The notes beneath the pieces were generated by a model. The model was given only the letters and a program-made list of their open reading frames with translations, did not search any database and was not told the DNA's origin. Below are positions 58,896-64,000 of a stretch of 64,000 nt of DNA, piece by piece. Within the stretch, counting starts at the first letter, position 1. Each line of letters starts with the position of its first letter. The translations under genes were made by a program, and so were the position numbers. Source of the stretch: Deltaproteobacteria bacterium (GTDB lineage: Bacteria > Desulfobacterota > Binatia > HRBIN30 > JACQVA1); assembly GCA_016210005.1 (NCBI GenBank), contig JACQVA010000168.1:9547-73546 (forward strand), read 5' to 3'.

Positions 58896-61334
58896 TTAAC
58901 GGCAGGCGCGCTTGTATAGTTCGCTCAGCTTGTTGCGCAGGTCGGCATCGCTGAGGCCGGGCATGGCCGGTTTGAGCTCCGTGAGCTGCGCGCACGACTT
59001 GTCTGCCTTGCCTGTAGCCAGCGTCAAGCGAGCGGTCTCGTAGGCGGCCTCGTACCACGGCAGGTCGCCGGGCCGGACCGTCTTGGCGATCCGCTGCCAG
59101 TGGCTCAAGGCCCCGCTGGGGTTGCGGTTGGCCTCGGCGATCCGCGCCAGGCCGCGTAGCGCGGCCAGCGAATTGGGTTCAGCAGAGAGAACCTCCTGGT
59201 AGAGGCCGTCGGCTTTGCCCAGCTCCTGCGCCCCCTCGTATAGCCGCGCCAGGGTGAGCTTGGTTTTGTTGCTGCCTTCAGAGTCGGCCAGCAGTAGCTC
59301 ATATAGACGCAGGGCGGTTTGCTGCGCCGCCGGCCAGGCCTCGCTCTCGCCTTTGTTCTTGCGGCGCGTGCCTTCCTTGACGAACCCGGCGGCCAGGGTC
59401 TCGATGGCGTCGCTCTTAGCATCGGCGCGCAACGCCGCGCCGTGCGCCTGCACCTCCGCCTGCGCTTGCGCGAAGCGACCCAGCCGTTGCAGCGCGCCCA
59501 GCCGCAGGCGGGTCACCTGCGCGAAAAGATCCGACTGATTGGGGTACTTCTGTTCGAAGTCGGTCAAGGTGGCCAGCGTTTGCTCATCGCGCGGCGGTGC
59601 CAGCAGGCTGCCATGCACCGCGTTCATGATCGCCGCCTTGGCCCGGATCTCCGCCAGCGGTAGCGCCTGCAGGTCGCCGCGGCGCTCGTAGTCCGCGGCC
59701 AATGGGGTGAAGGCAGCAAGGTCCTTGCCGATATCCGCGATCAATGCCTGGCGTTCCGCCCCGGTGACTTTGCCCTCCGCGCCGGCCTGCAAGAGCTCGA
59801 AGCGCGACTGTAGGGCGCCGAAGCGCGCGCGCAACTCGAAGCCCGGGTCGCCGCTCACTTGCCGGTATTGTTCGAGCGCCTCGTCAAACTGTTTGTGCGC
59901 CTGCAGCCATTCGCCGAGGCGGTAGCGTGCTTCATAGGCGGAGCGATGATCGCCGTATTGCGCCAGGTAGCTGCGCATGGCCGCCTCGTAGTCCTGCAGG
60001 GTGGCCTCGTCCTGCAAGGCGGCCTCGGGGTTCTTGGCGGCGACGGCTTCGAGGGCCTTGAAGCGCATGTAGGCGGCGTCGGCGCCGTAGCTGGGGTTGG
60101 GCTTGGCCAGCGCGGCGGCGAAGTGCGCGGCGGCCTCCGGGTACTCGGCGGCCTGGAACAAAGCCAGCCCTAACAGGTAGTGAGCTTCGGTCTGGACGCG
60201 CTTGGAATCGGCATCGCTGCTGGCGACGATGGCAGCGAGTAGCGGGCGCGCCTCTTTGTACTCACCCTTTTGCGCCAGCAGTCGCGCCACGGTCCATTTC
60301 GCCGCCGGGCTACCGGCCTGGGCCGCGAACTGCTGCGGGTCATCCAGCTCTGCCTGCATCAGCGCTTCGACCTTCTCCTGCCAGGCCGCGCCCGCGCGGC
60401 GCAGCTGATCCATGCCGCTCATGGCCTCCTGCCGGTAACGGGCGGCTTGGGCACCTGCCGACGCCTTGGCGGCGGCGAGCAGGGCGCGCACGCGGTAGTA
60501 GCGGATCAGCGCGGCATCGGCCGATTCGCTCGCCAGCAGGCCGTCGGCGATCCCGATGGTCTCCCGGTGCTTGCCGCTGCGGTAGGCGGCGTCGAGCAAA
60601 CCCAGCCGAGCTTTGGCCCGCCGCTCGGCGGAAGTGTCTTTGTCGTCGACTACAATCTGGAAATCACGCGCCGCCCACTCGTAGTTACCCAGCTCGAGAT
60701 GCGCCAAGCCGCGGCCGAGTAGGCTTTCGATGATCAACTCGTTGCGGCGCTCGCCGGCGGCGAATTCCGAGAAGCCTTGCGCCGCCTTTTCGAGCAGCGT
60801 CTTGCGCGGCTGACCGCCGTACAGGCGGGCGCCGTAGTAGTGCAGCCAGTTGAGGTAGTAGAGCGTTTGCGACGCCAGGGCCTGGGCTTCCTTCCAGTCG
60901 GCGGTTTCGTAGAGCGCTTCGAGGTCACCATCGGCATCCATCACCTGCTTCGCCGCTTGTTCCAGTTTGCCGCTGTTGGCGGCGTAAATACGTTCGAGCG
61001 GTGCGCTGATGGCCTCGTAGTCGCCGAGCAGCGTCTCCTTCTCACGCGCCTCGGTACCGGCACGCACGGCGCGATCGCTCAGGTCGATGAAGCCGAGGGC
61101 GAGCTGGCCGAGCTGCTGGATTGCCGCTTGCTGCGCGCGGGCATCGAAGCGGCCGCTGGCTTGTTGGGCGGCCATGTCGTCGGCGATCCGGCGCGCACGC
61201 CCGCGCAGATCGGGGGCCTGGGCCGCGGCACCCTCTGCCAGAACCAGCGCCAGAACCATCGCCGCCGCAGCGCGCCGGCGCCGGGCGGGGGTGGAGCGCG
61301 TGGAAGTCGCGGCTGCGAGCGGTTTCATCAGCAT
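58896..61334 (-). CDS. Large secreted TPR-repeat protein (about 810 aa)
   Basis: ATG 61334 (MLMKPLAAATS...AAAMVLALVLAEGAAA|Q signal peptide). Many TPR-like helical pairs run throughout, e.g. LGNYEWAARDFQIVV and AEYPEAAAHFAAAL. Confidence 0.7.
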   Translation of the reverse strand: MLMKPLAAATSTRSTPARRRRAAAAMVLALVLAEGAAAQAPDLRGRARRIADDMAAQQASGRFDARAQQAAIQQLGQLALGFIDLSDRAVRAGTEAREKETLLGDYEAISAPLERIYAANSGKLEQAAKQVMDADGDLEALYETADWKEAQALASQTLYYLNWLHYYGARLYGGQPRKTLLEKAAQGFSEFAAGERRNELIIESLLGRGLAHLELGNYEWAARDFQIVVDDKDTSAERRAKARLGLLDAAYRSGKHRETIGIADGLLASESADAALIRYYRVRALLAAAKASAGAQAARYRQEAMSGMDQLRRAGAAWQEKVEALMQAELDDPQQFAAQAGSPAAKWTVARLLAQKGEYKEARPLLAAIVASSDADSKRVQTEAHYLLGLALFQAAEYPEAAAHFAAALAKPNPSYGADAAYMRFKALEAVAAKNPEAALQDEATLQDYEAAMRSYLAQYGDHRSAYEARYRLGEWLQAHKQFDEALEQYRQVSGDPGFELRARFGALQSRFELLQAGAEGKVTGAERQALIADIGKDLAAFTPLAADYERRGDLQALPLAEIRAKAAIMNAVHGSLLAPPRDEQTLATLTDFEQKYPNQSDLFAQVTRLRLGALQRLGRFAQAQAEVQAHGAALRADAKSDAIETLAAGFVKEGTRRKNKGESEAWPAAQQTALRLYELLLADSEGSNKTKLTLARLYEGAQELGKADGLYQEVLSAEPNSLAALRGLARIAEANRNPSGALSHWQRIAKTVRPGDLPWYEAAYETARLTLATGKADKSCAQLTELKPAMPGLSDADLRNKLSELYKRACR

Positions 61335-61375
61335 GGTGTCACGACCGCGGATTGGTCTTGGTGGCGGAGTTGTCG

Positions 61376-62530
61376 TCACGACAACTCGCCCATGAACTTC
61401 GCCATCTCGACCTTCCAGCGGCTGCCGAAGGTCAGCACCACCACTTCGCGCAGCAGCGCCTTCTGCTCGTCGAGTTGAATCAACTCGCCGCCGCCAGCCT
61501 TGGCCAGCTCGCCGAAGACCTGCGAGACCTGGTGATAGAACTCGGGCATCGGCGATGGCTTGAACGGCTCCTTGCCGTGCAGTGAGCGCCACAGCTGGCG
61601 ATCGAACTCATCGTGCATGCGCTTGGTGACGTCGACGGCGCTGACATAGCCGCCCTGGGCGTGAAAAGCTGCGATCAGGTCGCGCACCGCATCGACGTCC
61701 TCCGGGTGCGGCGGCGAGCCGCCCACCAGCACGATGATTTTCTTCGACTGCTTGCGCCAGCTCAACTCGTTGATGGCGGCGGCCATTCCTTCTTGCACCG
61801 CTTCCTCCCAGTCGCCCCCGCCGGAGGCGTTGATCTGCGCCAGGAAGTCACGCAGTTTCTGCGTCTTGAAGCTGAGGTCGCTCCATTTGACGACGTAATC
61901 GTCGCCTTGGTCGCGGTAAACCACGATGCCGATCCGCGCCGTGGGTACCATCCGGTGGATCGTCGCCACCAGTTTGGTCAGTTTCTCTTTCACGTCATCA
62001 ATGACGAACTGCATGCTGTCGGTGGTGTCGATGACCAACGCGACATCGAGACCGACCTTGCGCAAGCCGCCGACGTAATCACCGAAGCCGCCGCCCAGAC
62101 CGCCGATCGCCCCGGCGCCGAACGACAGCGGCGTCGACAGGTTGTCCACGCTCGGGCCGGCGCCGAGCTTGGGACCGATGCCTGCCAGCTGCGGCATTTC
62201 CGGAGCGCGCACGTTTTGCACCACCGGCCCGCGCGGCCGGGCTTGCTGCGGCGCCGTGCGCTGCACGTTGAGCACGCCCTCGAGGTCTTGCAGCGACGGC
62301 TCACCGTCGAGCTGCTCGGGGCCGACGCTGCTGTCGTCGATGACCTTGACCTTGATCTGCTCCGCCTGGCGGATGACGGTCAGCGTCATGGTGCCCAACA
62401 GCAACAACAGCGCGACGTGAACCGCGGCCGAAAACCCGAACCAGCGCAGCCCCTGTAAGCGCTGCCCCGACCACGGATCGAAGCGGGCGGGCTCGGGCGG
62501 TGCCGGCGGTTTGGCTAAGTCCTCGGCCAT
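61376..62530 (-). CDS. Membrane-anchored VWA-domain protein in the TonB position of an ExbBD operon
   Basis: Pro-rich cytoplasmic N-terminus (KPPAPPEPARF), one TM (FGFSAAVHVALLLLLGTMTL) and an extended linker. VWA follows, with MIDAS-like VALVIDTTDSM...GGGDWEEA. Confidence 0.75.
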   Translation of the reverse strand: MAEDLAKPPAPPEPARFDPWSGQRLQGLRWFGFSAAVHVALLLLLGTMTLTVIRQAEQIKVKVIDDSSVGPEQLDGEPSLQDLEGVLNVQRTAPQQARPRGPVVQNVRAPEMPQLAGIGPKLGAGPSVDNLSTPLSFGAGAIGGLGGGFGDYVGGLRKVGLDVALVIDTTDSMQFVIDDVKEKLTKLVATIHRMVPTARIGIVVYRDQGDDYVVKWSDLSFKTQKLRDFLAQINASGGGDWEEAVQEGMAAAINELSWRKQSKKIIVLVGGSPPHPEDVDAVRDLIAAFHAQGGYVSAVDVTKRMHDEFDRQLWRSLHGKEPFKPSPMPEFYHQVSQVFGELAKAGGGELIQLDEQKALLREVVVLTFGSRWKVEMAKFMGELS

Positions 62531-62538
62531 GCCGCGGC

Positions 62539-62958
62539 TCAGCTCCCGGAGCGGCGCTCAGCGGCAATCGCCACTTGCTGGGCGCCGGCCTTCTGCGCCA
62601 AGGAGAGGATTCGCACCGCGTTGCCGAAGAGCACTTCGCGATCGCCTTCGAGCACGACCGGGATGTCCGGCCGCGCGCTGACCAGGCCGCGCAGGACTTG
62701 TTCGAGATCGTCGAAGGCGGTGAGTTGGCTATTGACGAAGACCTCGTTCGCAGGCGTGACGGTGATGGTAATCTCGCGCGGCTGCGAGGTGGTTTGGTCC
62801 ACCTCCGGCAAGCTGATCTTGGCGCCCGACTCCACCATGGCCGCGCTGGTGACCATGAAGATGATCAGCAGCACGAGGAAGATGTCGGTCAGCGGCGTGA
62901 TGTTGATCTCGGCGACGATGGGCGAGCGCGCCCGCTTTTTGAGACTACCGAGCGCCAT
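62539..62958 (-). CDS. exbD: ExbD/TolR-family protein
   Basis: [19 protein letters not shown] contains the conserved TM Asp. Length about 140 aa. Confidence 0.88.
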   Translation of the reverse strand: MALGSLKKRARSPIVAEINITPLTDIFLVLLIIFMVTSAAMVESGAKISLPEVDQTTSQPREITITVTPANEVFVNSQLTAFDDLEQVLRGLVSARPDIPVVLEGDREVLFGNAVRILSLAQKAGAQQVAIAAERRSGS

Positions 62959-63589
62959 TGGCCTGCCGTCCCAAGTGGATGGCGTCGATCACCCGGTTGC
63001 ACGCAATGGTCATGGCGGCTTCGATGCGCTCGACACGCGTTTGGAAGTAATTGTAAGCGATAACCGCGATGATCGCGACGGCTAAGCCCAGGGCGGTGGC
63101 GACCAGCGCCTCGGAAATACCTGCGGCCACCACCGAGAAGCCGCCGCTACCCATCAGCGCCATGTTGTGAAAGGCCTTGATGATCCCGACCACGGTGCCG
63201 AACAGGCCAATGAACGGTGCGCTGGCGCCGACCGTCGCCAGTACCCACAGCGGTCCCTTGAGGGCTTCGAGCTCCTCGAAGCGCTTCTCCTCGGTCAGAT
63301 CGGCGAGGTATTCGAGCGAGTCCTTCTGATGGCGGGCGAGCACGTCGGAGAAGATCCGGCCCGCGGGCAGGTCGCCCTGTTCATGCGACAGCGCCAGCGC
63401 GTCGGGGAAGTTGCCCTGCTCCAGCGCCGGGCAAAGCCGATTGGCCAGACTCAGGCTGCCGGAGATCAAGTTGCGCAACGACCACAGCCGTTCGAAGATG
63501 ATGGTCACGGTGACGAGCGAGAACACGATCAGGGGATAGGTGGCGAGCCACCCCTGCTGAATCATGTCGAGGACACTTAAGCCTTCCAC
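62945..63589 (-). CDS. exbB: MotA/TolQ/ExbB proton-channel protein
   Basis: AAGGAGG RBS plus GTG 63589. Three TM segments and the conserved [14 protein letters not shown]...ALVATALGL. Confidence 0.9.
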   Translation of the reverse strand: MEGLSVLDMIQQGWLATYPLIVFSLVTVTIIFERLWSLRNLISGSLSLANRLCPALEQGNFPDALALSHEQGDLPAGRIFSDVLARHQKDSLEYLADLTEEKRFEELEALKGPLWVLATVGASAPFIGLFGTVVGIIKAFHNMALMGSGGFSVVAAGISEALVATALGLAVAIIAVIAYNYFQTRVERIEAAMTIACNRVIDAIHLGRQANGAR

Positions 63590-64000
63590 GAGCGGACCTC
63601 CTTAGTATGCGCTTGCCGGGTGTGGCTGTTCCCAACCGGTCTGCATCGGCCCGCGGCGGCACCGGTGATTGCCGTGCGCGCGCGATAACGCGATGGGCGA
63701 AGGGAAGAACCCTGCTTCAGTTGTCTCGGCAGCCACGATCAGCCGGCGCGCAAGTCTGAAATTTCGTATCGGCAATCCGGCACTCTGTCAAACCTTTTCC
63801 ACGCCAGCGGCGCGTTGTCGAGGCCGAGTGCCTGTGGCAGCATTCCACCGGTCGAAAACGCAGCCCAAGCTGGTCGCATGCGACATGAAGAGCTCGGAAG
63901 GACATGGGCGAGCGCAGGCGCTGGCCGAAGAGCAGCGGCGCATGCGGCAACTGCGAGCGCGGGTGGACATCGCGGCGGCGGCGGTGCGGGTCTATCCGTT

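Noticed and set aside
63885-64000. Partial + strand ORF (MKSSEGHGRAQALAEEQRRMRQLRARV...) running off the window end
   Set aside because: It is too short, has no RBS or recognisable motif, and cannot be evaluated without downstream sequence.

Overview
GC-rich chromosomal segment from a diderm bacterium. Third-position GC bias is strong, so long spurious ORFs appear in all six frames. Most of the window is housekeeping. On the + strand: dprA-topA-trmFO-glnE-ilvE. On the - strand: a very compact dcw division/cell-wall cluster (mraZ to ftsZ). The rest comprises an OsmC-like gene, the initiator tRNA, coaW/argA-like/glpK, a complete MoxR-DUF58-BatABCD(E) operon, paired ArsA/Get3-like ATPases, a porin with a sigma54-type promoter, SDR-moeA-ispF, pepN, an ABC/MlaC/TolC locus, a higA remnant and an ExbB-ExbD-VWA-TPR operon. 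The stand-out is an accessory-looking block at about 9.98-15.12 kb, wedged between ilvE and the dcw region. It holds four tandem genes for signal-peptide-bearing, cysteine-rich paralogs in A-B-A-B order. They form two bicistronic units, each behind a near-consensus sigma70 promoter, closed by one strong intrinsic terminator. I cannot assign these proteins to any family I know. The window start carries a truncated tRNA 3' half next to a recombinase-like fragment, probably the scar of an integrative element. No CRISPR array, rRNA or intact IS element was seen. Gene starts were adjusted by eye from the ORF track using RBS, coupling overlaps and homology onset, and remain approximate where noted.
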